From positions 1,543 to 46,539 of the forward strand of contig CAZTXA010000002.1 in NCBI GenBank assembly GCA_964617945.1: a stretch of DNA of 44,997 bases, read 5' to 3'. Below the pieces are notes generated by a model, which was given only the letters and a program-made list of their open reading frames with translations, had not been told where the DNA came from and searched no databases. The translations under genes were made by a program, and so were the position numbers. This document shows, in pieces, positions 1-8,513 of the stretch (the first letter of the stretch is position 1; each line of letters opens with the position of its first letter). The DNA is from an uncultured archaeon. GTDB taxonomy: Archaea > Nanohalarchaeota > Nanosalinia > Nanosalinales > Nanohalalkaliarchaeaceae.

Positions 1-1750
1 CGGCAAGGTCCTCGACCCGGTCCTCCTGTATGTCGAGGCCTTCTTCCACCGCCTCGTGCAGGAGGTCAACGGTTTGCTCGTCGGCAGCCTCCGCCTCCAG
101 CTCGTCCCGGTATTCTTCCAGCCGCTCCAGCAGCTCTTCCTCCTCCATCTCCAGGCCCTCCTCGAGCGCCTCCAGCAACAGGTCTGTCTTCCGGTCCAGC
201 TTCTGGTCCTCCTCCCGCAGCCGTTCCGTGAGCTCCTGCTGGTCCTGCATCAGGGCGCCCATATCGCTCTCGAAGATGTTCTGGGCGTGGCTGAGGCTGT
301 CGATCCGTTCCTCCTGCTTCCCGATCTCCTCCCGCAGGTGTTCGATCTGCACCAGGATCTCCTTGAACCGGTCCTCCAGCTCGTCGCCCTCGTACTCCAG
401 CGCCTCCAGCAGCTCCCGGGCGGACAGGTCGAGCCGGTCCTCGATATCGTCCGCACGGCTGTCCAGCTCGGTGATCCGCTGCTCCACCTCCTCGGCATCG
501 ATCGCCGCCGCGTGCTCCTGCAGCGGCTGCAGCTCCTCCCGCAGCCCTTCGACCTCTTCCTGTAGACTGTTCTGCACCGTATCGACACGGTCGCGGATCT
601 CTTCCATCTCCTCCCGGAACTGTTCGTCCACGTATTCCACGCTTTCCAACAACTCCTCGCTGGGCAGCCGGTCGTCCAGCTCCTCCACCTTCTCCTCGAG
701 CGCCGCAAGCTTCTCCGGGCTTCCCCGCTCGCCACCGGTACCGTCCTTCAACGCGTCGACATCCTCCCGCAACGCTGAAATCTCCTCCTCCAGGTCCTGC
801 TTCGCTGCCGCCGCTATCTCGTCCCGGAGCGTCGCAACCTGGTCCTCCAGCCCCTCCAGCTCCTCGGCATCGATATCTGTATCCTCTGCGCCGCTTCCGC
901 CGAAGTCCTGGTGCTCGATCTCCTCGATCTGGCCCTCCAGCTCGGCGACACGGGTCCGGAGTTCGTCCGACGCACCGCCTCCGCCCCCGCTGATCTCCTG
1001 GTGGGCGTCGATCCGGCCCCGCAGCTTGTCTATCTCGTCCCGCAGATCGTCTAGCGCGGCGTCCTCGATGTCGCCCGGGTCGATCTGTGCAAGCACCTGG
1101 TCCTTGATCTCCCGGGCCGACGCCCCTGTCGCGGAGACATCGATATCGTCCAGGACACGCCGCTTCACCTCTTCCACCGACGGACCGCCGCCACCGCCTG
1201 TGCCGCCGGTGCTGATACGGGACTCCACCTGCCGGGCGATAGCATCCACATCGACGGACCCGCCGCCCTCGGCATCCTCCATCTCGTCGCTGATCTCCTG
1301 CAACCGGTCGCGCAGCGTGTACAGCTTGTCGTACACGTCGTCAAAGTTCTGCTCCGTGTCCCCCGCCCCTGCCTGTTCCACCTGCGACTCGAGCCGGTCG
1401 ATCCGGCCGCGCAACTGGCTGACCTCGTCGTCCTGCACCTGGCTGTCCGCCAGCCCCTCGACCGTCTCCTTCACCGACTGCAGCTGCTGGTACAGGTACT
1501 GCAGCTTCTCCTCGACCTGTGTCTCCTCGTACTCCTCCTCGATCCGCTCCAGCATCCCCAGCTTTTCCTGGAGCTCGTCCCGGTCACGGCCGATCATGTC
1601 CTCGATGATCTCCAGCTCGTCCTCGATGGACAGGTCTTCCAGCCGCTCCATCATAACCCGGTCTTCCAGTGTCTCTATCCGCTGCTTAAGCTCCTCGACC
1701 GATACTTCTGCGGCTTCCTCGCCGTTAGAATCGGTGTCAGAATCGGCCAT
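1..1750 (-). CDS. Large acidic coiled-coil protein with Gly-rich linkers; C-terminus runs off the left edge; function unknown
   Basis: Absent from the ORF track because it has no stop in the window. ATG at 1750-1748 (MADSDTDSNGEEAAEVSVEELKQRIETLEDR...) and the frame stays open to position 2. I hand-translated 1750-1690, 1201-1142 (..TGGGGGPSVEEVKRRVLDDI..) and 61-2. E/D/L/R-rich heptad-like segments are interrupted by GGGGG-type linkers. The listed 625-aa Ser-rich plus-strand ORF 30..1907 is its antisense shadow. TATA-like CTTTATAAT is centred about 27 nt upstream of the ATG. Confidence 0.7.
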   Translation of the reverse strand, partial: MADSDTDSNGEEAAEVSVEELKQRIETLEDRVMMERLEDLSIEDELEIIEDMIGRDRDELQEKLGMLERIEEEYEETQVEEKLQYLYQQLQSVKETVEGLADSQVQDDEVSQLRGRIDRLESQVEQAGAGDTEQNFDDVYDKLYTLRDRLQEISDEMEDAEGGGSVDVDAIARQVESRISTGGTGGGGGPSVEEVKRRVLDDIDVSATGASAREIKDQVLAQIDPGDIEDAALDDLRDEIDKLRGRIDAHQEISGGGGGASDELRTRVAELEGQIEEIEHQDFGGSGAEDTDIDAEELEGLEDQVATLRDEIAAAAKQDLEEEISALREDVDALKDGTGGERGSPEKLAALEEKVEELDDRLPSEELLESVEYVDEQFREEMEEIRDRVDTVQNSLQEEVEGLREELQPLQEHAAAIDAEEVEQRITELDSRADDIEDRLDLSARELLEALEYEGDELEDRFKEILVQIEHLREEIGKQEERIDSLSHAQNIFESDMGALMQDQQELTERLREEDQKLDRKTDLLLEALEEGLEMEEEELLERLEEYRDELEAEAADEQTVDLLHEAVEEGLDIQEDRVEDLA

Positions 1751-1783
1751 ACTCGTACAACCGCACGGCCGGATTATAAAGAT

Positions 1784-2380
1784 TTACCGGAACCGCCACC
1801 GGGACAGCGGCTGTGAACCGGTCGTTGCCCACAGCCACCCCGTCCACAGCCCGATCACCGCAACGGTCAGTCCCCACCGCCACAGCACCGTATGCAGCAG
1901 CTCGTAGTCGATACCGAACACCACCACCGCGTACACCATGGACACGACCCGTCCAAGGTTCAACACCAGCAATGCAACGGTCCCGGCCGCGGCCGCACCG
2001 ATCTTGCTGCGGAGCGGGCGACGTGACGCCGTGACAAGCGCCAGGAACACCATGACAGATTTCCACCCGGTGCTGTCCCGTGTCACGTCTACAAGGAGGT
2101 CGCCGGCGCTGAGCAGGTGCCCGGTCGCGGACGCGTCAACGCCTATGCCCCGGAGCACGGCTGCCGACGCTTCCGCCGTCACCGCCCGCACCGCGTCCGC
2201 CTCCCATCCGCTGTGCAACACCAGCCAGAACGGGAGCGCGAGGACGGTGAACTTTGTGAGAAATACGAGGATTTGTAGCAGCTGCTGCTGTCTGGGGTCC
2301 AGCCCGGTACGGAACCGGTCGTACCGGTCACGCACCCGTTGGACCGTGTCCGTTACCGTGTCCGGTAGGTCTCGAGCCAT
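1784..2380 (-). CDS. Exosortase/archaeosortase-family polytopic membrane protein (short form), Cys-free
   Basis: 198 aa with multiple TM segments. Motif order resembles the exosortase/archaeosortase core: VDVTRDSTGWKSVMVFLAL (position of the xxCSGxxS active-site motif), LVLNLGRVV (N..R motif), ELLHTVLWRWG (His motif). The start overlaps the upstream gene by 28 nt. Confidence 0.5.
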   Translation of the reverse strand: MARDLPDTVTDTVQRVRDRYDRFRTGLDPRQQQLLQILVFLTKFTVLALPFWLVLHSGWEADAVRAVTAEASAAVLRGIGVDASATGHLLSAGDLLVDVTRDSTGWKSVMVFLALVTASRRPLRSKIGAAAAGTVALLVLNLGRVVSMVYAVVVFGIDYELLHTVLWRWGLTVAVIGLWTGWLWATTGSQPLSRWRFR

Positions 2381-3429
2381 TCCATGAACGCCTCCGCGTC
2401 CCGCCCGGCGTCCAGCTCGGCCGGGTCAACGATGTACGCGTCCGGTGTTTCAACGATCCTGTCCACGTCGTCACGCGGGACAACGGTGATACCTTCCTCC
2501 TGCAGCGCTGCTGACGGGTCGGAGACCAGCACGGTCTCTACCTCGGCGGCGATGTCACCGCCGCTGTACCGGTCGACGCTGACCGTCGACGTCTCCGCGT
2601 CCGCCAGCCGCTCGACCTTCGGCACGTACCGCCACCCGTCCGCCAGCCGCTGCAGCGCTGTCCGGAGCGCGTCCCGCTCCGCCTCCAGCCGCTCGATGTC
2701 CGCCCGGGCCTGCTCCAGGTCGCCGGCGAGACCGCGGATCCGCCGGTTCCGCCGCCGCAACTCCTCCTCGCTGACCCCGTCGCCGTCGCCCCCGGTGTCA
2801 AGCTCGTCGACGTACTCCTGCAGGTTTGCGACCTTCGACTCCAGCAGCTCGATCCGGTCCTGCCGCGCCGCCGCGACCTCCTCCCAGTCCGGTCCCCCGC
2901 CGGGCTCCGTCTCGACGGGTGCTGGCTCCTCCTCGACCTTTGCCACCTCCGATATCGCGGCTGCGGTGGACAGTTCGCCGTTCACCACGAGCTCGATGAT
3001 GTCATCGAGCTGCGTCTCCACGCCGTCCTCCCGTGCACGCCGCTGGATGTCGGAGACGGTATCCGTATACTCGCGGCGGGCGTACTCCGCCGCGGCCACG
3101 GCGTCGGCCACGTGCGAGTCCTCCCCGCCCACAGGGAACGGGTCGACAAGCGCGTCCTTCCGGTCCTGGCCCAGGTCCCGGTCAGGTGAGAACACGAGGC
3201 TCCCGGTGTTACTCCCGATCTCCTCCACGAGGGCTGGCGCCGGGTGGACGTCGGCGGCGACGATCAACGGCTTCCCTGCATCGACCATGAACTGGATGAT
3301 CCGGTCCTTCGCGAAGTCCCGGCGGCTCGTATAGTCTACTAGGGTGCCGTCCAGGTCGAGCGCGGCGACCCCTGTCGTCGTCCCTGGGTCGATCCCGACA
3401 ACCCGTAGCTCGGTGTCGATGTTATTCAT
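2353..3429 (-). CDS. DUF460/COG2433-type protein (RNase H-fold, RuvC/YqgF-like N-terminal domain plus coiled coil)
   Basis: Start trimmed to ATG 3429 (MNNIDTELRVVGIDPGTTTGVAALDLDG...GKPLIVAADVHPAP), typical of archaeal DUF460. The C-terminal half is an acidic coiled coil. The ATG overlaps the Hef stop (ATGAATAA, 3422-3429). Confidence 0.7.
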   Translation of the reverse strand: MNNIDTELRVVGIDPGTTTGVAALDLDGTLVDYTSRRDFAKDRIIQFMVDAGKPLIVAADVHPAPALVEEIGSNTGSLVFSPDRDLGQDRKDALVDPFPVGGEDSHVADAVAAAEYARREYTDTVSDIQRRAREDGVETQLDDIIELVVNGELSTAAAISEVAKVEEEPAPVETEPGGGPDWEEVAAARQDRIELLESKVANLQEYVDELDTGGDGDGVSEEELRRRNRRIRGLAGDLEQARADIERLEAERDALRTALQRLADGWRYVPKVERLADAETSTVSVDRYSGGDIAAEVETVLVSDPSAALQEEGITVVPRDDVDRIVETPDAYIVDPAELDAGRDAEAFMEWLETYRTR

Positions 3430-5656
3430 AGTCGCGCTCCAGGAGGTCACGGATCCTGTCAGCGGTTTCCTCCCCGATCCCTTCAACCTGCTGCAGCTCG
3501 GTCGACGACGCGGTGAACACCGCTTCCGCGGTACCGAACTCTTCCAGGAGCCGTTCCGCCAGCGTCTCGGACACGTTCGGCAGCCCCGCCACAAGGAACT
3601 CCTGCCGGTCCCGCTCCGTCGTCGGACTGCGCTCCCCGCGGATGTCAACGGTACGGCCTTCGTCCTCCTGCTCCCGCCGCGCCGCCGCGATCAACAGTTC
3701 AGTGGTCTCCTCCGGCCCCGTGCTCCACAGGATCGGGATGCCGTAGTCCAGGGCGACGGAGGAGAGGGCGCCGCGGATGGCGTTCGGGTGGACGTCCCGG
3801 TGCCGGTACAGGTCCTCGCCCTCGATCACGAGCAGCGGCTGGGAGAACTCGCCCACCATCTCCTGCAGCTGCGGGAACAGCCGGTTGTCGACGATGGAGT
3901 CGACGAAGTCGGCAGCGGTCTTCCGCTCCACCACCGTCCTGTCGGAGAGCAGGAAGTCCCCGATCTCAAGCCGGCTGCTCCGCACCTGTACGTCCCGCCG
4001 CGACAGTTCTTTCATGACCGTGTTCTCCCGGTCGTCCGCCACGATGACGATGTCGTCGCTGTCATCGAACCCGTCCAGCGTGCGCTGCCCGCCGGACCCG
4101 GTATCGTCACCGGTCGAGGTCTCGGTAGGTCCGCCGTCGTCCAGTCCCTGCACCACCTCCTTCATCTGGTCCTCCTTGTGCTTCGCACTCCAGTAGTACG
4201 CCTCGTCCCGCGTATCCTCGGCCATCAACACGTACACCGCGCCTTCCTCCTGCCGCCCGGTCCGGCCGCGGCGCTGGATGGTACGGATCTCTGACGGGAT
4301 CGGCTCGTAGAACATGACGTAGTCCACCGCAGGGATGTCCAGGCCTTCCTCCCCGACGCTCGTGCTCACGAGGACGTTGTGGTCGCCGTCGCGGAACTCG
4401 TCCAGGATCTCCATCTGCTTCGCCTGTGTAAACTCTTCCTTCTGCCCCTTGAACTTGACCGGGGCGATGTCCTCATGCGTGTCAAGCGTATCGTGGATCA
4501 GGTCGACAGTATCCCGGTACTGGGTGAATACGATGGCGGTCGCGTCTCCCTCTATCTTCTCCGCCAGCAACTCCTCCAGCTCCGCCAGCTTCGGGTGCCG
4601 CTTGTTGTTGTTCATCATCCACTCCGTCACGGACATCGCGTTCCGGAAGTTCTCGTCCTCCAGTAACCGTTTGGCGGCCTTGCTGCCCGGGTCTTTCTCC
4701 ATCGACTCGAAGAACCGGTACAGCGGGTCCACGCCCTGTGTCTCCAGGAGTTCGAGCGCGTGCTCCACCTTCATACACGCCGCGACGTGTGACATCGCCT
4801 GATACAGCTGTGGGTCGTCCTCGGCGCCGAGCCGCGACCCGATCTCCCCCTTCAACCGCAGCAGGTCTTTCTTCTGCACACCGCTGATAGAGTCCAGGAC
4901 GCCGATCCCTTTCAGCTCCTTCAGCCGTGTCCGCTCCGCTTCTTCGAGTTGCTTCTTGACGCGTTCAAAGTTCCTGTCCAGCGAGACCCGTATCCAGTTC
5001 GTCTCGGTATCCTCCACGTACGGTTCCACGTCCGGGTCGTCCGCGGTCCGGGTCTCGAAGTTCGTCACAGACAGGTTGTCCGCGACGCGCTGGATCTGCG
5101 ACTCGTCACCGCCCGGCGACGCCGTCAACCCGAGGACGCGTCCGTCCGGTGCCTCCTCCACGTACCGCTCGGCGATGAACGTGTACGGGTAGTCGCCTGT
5201 GGCCCGGTGCACCTCGTCGAAGATGACCAGCGAGAACTCGGACAGGTCGACCCGGCCGTTGATGACATCGTTCTCCACGGTCTGCGGCGTCCCGAAGAAC
5301 GCGCCGACCTCCTTCCACAGCTCCGCCCGCTTCGCCGGCCGCGTCTCCCCGGTCAATACCTCGAACACGTCCGTATCCACCTCCACGCACCGTTCGAACT
5401 CGTCCCGGTGCTGCTCCGCCAGCGGTTTCGTCGGTGCCAGCATCAGGATCTTGGAGTTCGGCTCCTCGTCCAGCCGGTGCGCGGCGACGAGCATCGCCAC
5501 CGCGGTCTTCCCCAGCCCGGTCGGCAGCACAACGATCGTGTTCTCATCGATCGCAGATGCGGCGATCACTTCCTGGTAGGTGCGGGCCTCCAGAGAACCG
5601 TCCACGATCCGCGGGTGGTCGACGTGGGACTGCTCCTGCAACGTCTCCTGCGGCAT
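3422..5656 (-). CDS. hef: Hef helicase/nuclease (SF2 helicase + XPF/Mus81-type ERCC4 nuclease + HhH2)
   Basis: Start trimmed to ATG 5656 (MPQETLQEQ...). Walker A VLPTGLGKT, DEAH-type box IFDEVH, helicase C motifs (TSVGEEGLDIP, QRRGRTGR), nuclease motif GDFLLSDRTVVERKTAADFVDS, and a C-terminal HhH region (LPNVSETLAERLLEEFGT). Confidence 0.9.
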   Translation of the reverse strand: MPQETLQEQSHVDHPRIVDGSLEARTYQEVIAASAIDENTIVVLPTGLGKTAVAMLVAAHRLDEEPNSKILMLAPTKPLAEQHRDEFERCVEVDTDVFEVLTGETRPAKRAELWKEVGAFFGTPQTVENDVINGRVDLSEFSLVIFDEVHRATGDYPYTFIAERYVEEAPDGRVLGLTASPGGDESQIQRVADNLSVTNFETRTADDPDVEPYVEDTETNWIRVSLDRNFERVKKQLEEAERTRLKELKGIGVLDSISGVQKKDLLRLKGEIGSRLGAEDDPQLYQAMSHVAACMKVEHALELLETQGVDPLYRFFESMEKDPGSKAAKRLLEDENFRNAMSVTEWMMNNNKRHPKLAELEELLAEKIEGDATAIVFTQYRDTVDLIHDTLDTHEDIAPVKFKGQKEEFTQAKQMEILDEFRDGDHNVLVSTSVGEEGLDIPAVDYVMFYEPIPSEIRTIQRRGRTGRQEEGAVYVLMAEDTRDEAYYWSAKHKEDQMKEVVQGLDDGGPTETSTGDDTGSGGQRTLDGFDDSDDIVIVADDRENTVMKELSRRDVQVRSSRLEIGDFLLSDRTVVERKTAADFVDSIVDNRLFPQLQEMVGEFSQPLLVIEGEDLYRHRDVHPNAIRGALSSVALDYGIPILWSTGPEETTELLIAAARREQEDEGRTVDIRGERSPTTERDRQEFLVAGLPNVSETLAERLLEEFGTAEAVFTASSTELQQVEGIGEETADRIRDLLERDYE

Positions 5657-5697
5657 GGTACAGGGTGGCGGTGAAGCTTGATAAGAATAGGACGCCG

Positions 5698-6222
5698 CTA
5701 ATACCGGGTTGCACGGTTCTCCAGCTGCTGTATCACCGTGAAGAACACGTAGAAGCTGACAGCGAGCAGCACCGCGGCCGCGCCGGTGTTGATGTCGACC
5801 GGCAACCCCTCGTACACCCACGCGATAGCGACGTACACGGCGGTGTACACGACGAACCCGGAGGACACGCTGAAGGCGAGCGTGGGCGCCCAGAGGTGGT
5901 AGAAGTTCAGGACGAGGATGACCGACCCTATGACCAGTATCGCGTAGGCGACGACGTACCGCGCCCCCGACGGCGCACTCATCAGGTTCAGCCGGATGAT
6001 CAACGTCAGGCCGGTCGCCAGGAGGAGGACAGCGTTCGACACGGCCGAGTTCCAGCCGAGCTCTTCGAACGTGTACTTCCCGAAGTACAGTTCGATGACG
6101 AGGAGGCCGAGGAAGATCGGGATCAGCGACGGCAGGAACTCAGGGTGCTCGGCCGGGAAGTATACGAGCTGCCAGAACCGCTGCATCACCGTCGCCAGTA
6201 CCACGCCGTCGAACACCATCAC
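5698..6222 (-). CDS. Polytopic membrane protein, function unknown
   Basis: 174 aa with about 5 hydrophobic helices. The start lies 3 nt after the stop of the upstream HerA-like ATPase gene, which implies co-transcription. Confidence 0.55.
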   Translation of the reverse strand: MMVFDGVVLATVMQRFWQLVYFPAEHPEFLPSLIPIFLGLLVIELYFGKYTFEELGWNSAVSNAVLLLATGLTLIIRLNLMSAPSGARYVVAYAILVIGSVILVLNFYHLWAPTLAFSVSSGFVVYTAVYVAIAWVYEGLPVDINTGAAAVLLAVSFYVFFTVIQQLENRATRY

Positions 6223-6225
6223 AGG

Positions 6226-7536
6226 TCACGTCCGCCGCTCCTTCACCGCACTCGGTGTCCCGCCGGCGTGCCAGGACAGCCGCGGCCGGATCTGTACGCT
6301 GTAGACGCGTTCGGAGTTGTCGTCCAGGATGATGCCGGCCCCGTCCTGCCGCGGCAGGTTGTCGATGTAGTCCGTGATATCCTCGCTCATGTACGTCTGC
6401 ATGATGTTCCCCAGCGCGGCGATATCGTTACTGGCGGTAAGCCGGTGCGTGAGCAGGATGTCCATCTGTGACAGCAGGTTCGGGTGCAGCCGGTCCGGCT
6501 GCTGGGTCGCCAGGACCAGTGACACGCCCGGTTCCCGGCCGATCTTCGCCCACTGCAGCAGCGGGTCCGACGCCGCCGTTTTCCCCTCGTCCGGGACGAA
6601 CTGGTGGGCCTCGTCGATCAGCATCCACACGATCGGGGACTCTGAGGCGCGGATGCCTTCCATCTCCTCGATCTCCTCCACGCGTTTCGCCTCCATCCGC
6701 TGCCGCAACAGTTTCCGCGCCAGCAATCCGACGACGAGTGTCCGCGCCGACCACCCGCCGCTCAGGTCCTCGAACATGCTGACATCCAGCACGGTCACGT
6801 TGCCGCGGCCGGTCAGTTCGTCGACCGGCGGCGCGTCCACGGCGAAGATCCCCCAGTCCTTGGCGGACTCGAACCGGTTCACAAGTGCCCGGCGGATGTT
6901 TTTCTCGAAGTCGTCGTGGCTCTCCGCGTAGCTGATAAGGTCAGGGATACCGTACCCTGTCCCCTTGTCCTCCTGCAGGTCGTTCACGATCCGTTCGAGC
7001 AGTACACCCATCGGCTCGGTCAGCTCGAGCCCGAACGCCAGCGCCCAGTCCCCCGGTGTCAGGTCGCCGGGCCGGATCGCGAACGTCTGGTCGAACGGGA
7101 TGTCCCGCTCCCGGAACATGTCCACGTGCCCCTGCGGCACGTACAGGTCGATGTCCACCTGCTGCGGTGTCAGGTCCCACCGGTCCAGCAGCACCGCGTC
7201 CTCCTCGTTCGGGTTCTTCATCGACCAGAAGATCCCCATCGAGTCGACCACCAGGGTGGAGAGGTTGTCGGACACCGCGTCCTCGGCCTGCACCAGTTCC
7301 TCCGCGAGGACGCCCAGCGTGTAGCTTTTACCGGTTCCACGTTTCCCGAACACGCCCATTACGTGCGGCCGCGCGATATCGAGGCGGAGAGGGTTGGCGG
7401 TATGTGCCTCCTGCTGGTCGCCGACAAGGTGTTTCCCGATGAACGCGGTCGCAAGGTCCTCCCCGTACTCCTCCATGTCGTCTTCGTCACGGCCGACAGT
7501 GATCTCCGGCATAGCCTGTACTGCTCGCCGCTGCAT
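6226..7536 (-). CDS. HerA/FtsK-superfamily P-loop ATPase (DUF87/COG0433-like)
   Basis: Walker A GVFGKRGTGKSYT, Walker B VWMLIDEAHQFVP, followed by LVLATQQPDRL. An alternative start is ATG 7512 (MPEITVG). Confidence 0.8.
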   Translation of the reverse strand: MQRRAVQAMPEITVGRDEDDMEEYGEDLATAFIGKHLVGDQQEAHTANPLRLDIARPHVMGVFGKRGTGKSYTLGVLAEELVQAEDAVSDNLSTLVVDSMGIFWSMKNPNEEDAVLLDRWDLTPQQVDIDLYVPQGHVDMFRERDIPFDQTFAIRPGDLTPGDWALAFGLELTEPMGVLLERIVNDLQEDKGTGYGIPDLISYAESHDDFEKNIRRALVNRFESAKDWGIFAVDAPPVDELTGRGNVTVLDVSMFEDLSGGWSARTLVVGLLARKLLRQRMEAKRVEEIEEMEGIRASESPIVWMLIDEAHQFVPDEGKTAASDPLLQWAKIGREPGVSLVLATQQPDRLHPNLLSQMDILLTHRLTASNDIAALGNIMQTYMSEDITDYIDNLPRQDGAGIILDDNSERVYSVQIRPRLSWHAGGTPSAVKERRT

Positions 7537-7554
7537 AAAAAGTGCTTCGCCGTA

Positions 7555-7860
7555 TCAGCGGCGCTCGGTCCGCATCCCGGCGATGAACCCGAGCAGGAAG
7601 ATGGCGATCGTCCACGTCACCGAGAGCGGCAGCATCCAGCCCACGACCGCTGTAAAGCCGGCTGTCAGGAGGAGGGAGCCGACGATATCGGTGGACTCGC
7701 GTGACGTGTACATGCCGGCGACCCAGCCGAGCAACGCCACGATCAGCCCCGACCCGAGGACACCGAACCCGGCGCCCGCCACACCGATGCCGATCCCTGC
7801 CAGGAATAATACGGTGAAGAGGATGAGGTACGCCGTGGACGGGTCGAGGACGTCTGTCAT
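7555..7860 (-). CDS. Small membrane protein (3 predicted TM helices)
   Basis: Start trimmed to ATG 7860 (MTDVLDPSTAYLILFTVLFLAGIGIGVAG...). It lies directly upstream of the HerA-like ATPase on the same strand. Confidence 0.5.
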   Translation of the reverse strand: MTDVLDPSTAYLILFTVLFLAGIGIGVAGAGFGVLGSGLIVALLGWVAGMYTSRESTDIVGSLLLTAGFTAVVGWMLPLSVTWTIAIFLLGFIAGMRTERR

Positions 7861-7901
7861 ACTCTGATACTGGCGTGACGGGTTTAAGTCAGTACCCGTT
7901 G

Positions 7902-8513
7902 TCACAGCAGGAACAGCAGCCCGGCGAGCGCGAGGGTGAACGCCCAGAACGGGGTGTGCCACCGCATCAGTTTGTACCCGTCCAGCGGGTAGAACGGGAT
8001 GAGCGTGAACGTTGCGATGAACGCGTTCACCATGGCACCGACGTGGAACAGGTTCTCACCGAGGAACGGCAGCGTGGCCACGTCCGCCACGTACGCGAAT
8101 ATCACGCCCAGCATGATGTTGACCAGCGGCCCGATCGCGGCGACCAGTCCGACCTGCTTCACGGTGAGCTTGGGTTCGTAATGCCCGTACCGCTCACCCT
8201 TGACAGTATGCATCTCGATACCGCCCGGGACCGCGGCGAGGATGCCGATGAACGGGCTGAGAACAGTGATGACGGTGCCGGGCGTCCACTGCCGGTACTC
8301 CGCGTACGATTTCAGGGCGCGCGCACTGACCTGGTGGCTGACGACGTGTGCAAGGAACGCGATACCCGCGATCACGGTGCTGACAGCCACTGCAGGGATC
8401 ACTGTGGCGGACAGGAGGAACGAGGGGGAGCCGTCGCCGAAGATGAGGAGGGCGGTGCCCACCCCGATCGCCACGGTCGATATCGTGATGTCGCGGACCT
8501 CCTCCGTGTTCAT
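7902..8513 (-). CDS. Site-2 protease (peptidase M50)-like membrane protein with atypical HVVSH in place of HExxH
   Basis: 203 aa, polytopic. The second M50 motif NAFIATFTLIPFYPLDGYKL is present. The first motif reads FLAHVVSHQVSAR. The ATG overlaps the stop of the upstream Hjc-like gene (ATGA). Confidence 0.6.
   Translation of the reverse strand: MNTEEVRDITISTVAIGVGTALLIFGDGSPSFLLSATVIPAVAVSTVIAGIAFLAHVVSHQVSARALKSYAEYRQWTPGTVITVLSPFIGILAAVPGGIEMHTVKGERYGHYEPKLTVKQVGLVAAIGPLVNIMLGVIFAYVADVATLPFLGENLFHVGAMVNAFIATFTLIPFYPLDGYKLMRWHTPFWAFTLALAGLLFLL

Noticed and set aside
30-1907. 625-aa Ser/Arg-rich plus-strand ORF, the longest ORF in the track at the left edge.
   Set aside because: Its composition (poly-S/R/C, no structure-like pattern) is the typical antisense shadow of a GAG/GAC/CTC-rich gene. 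The minus-strand frame gives a clean acidic coiled-coil protein with an ATG and a TATA-like box, and it runs through the 3' end of the archaeosortase-like gene region.
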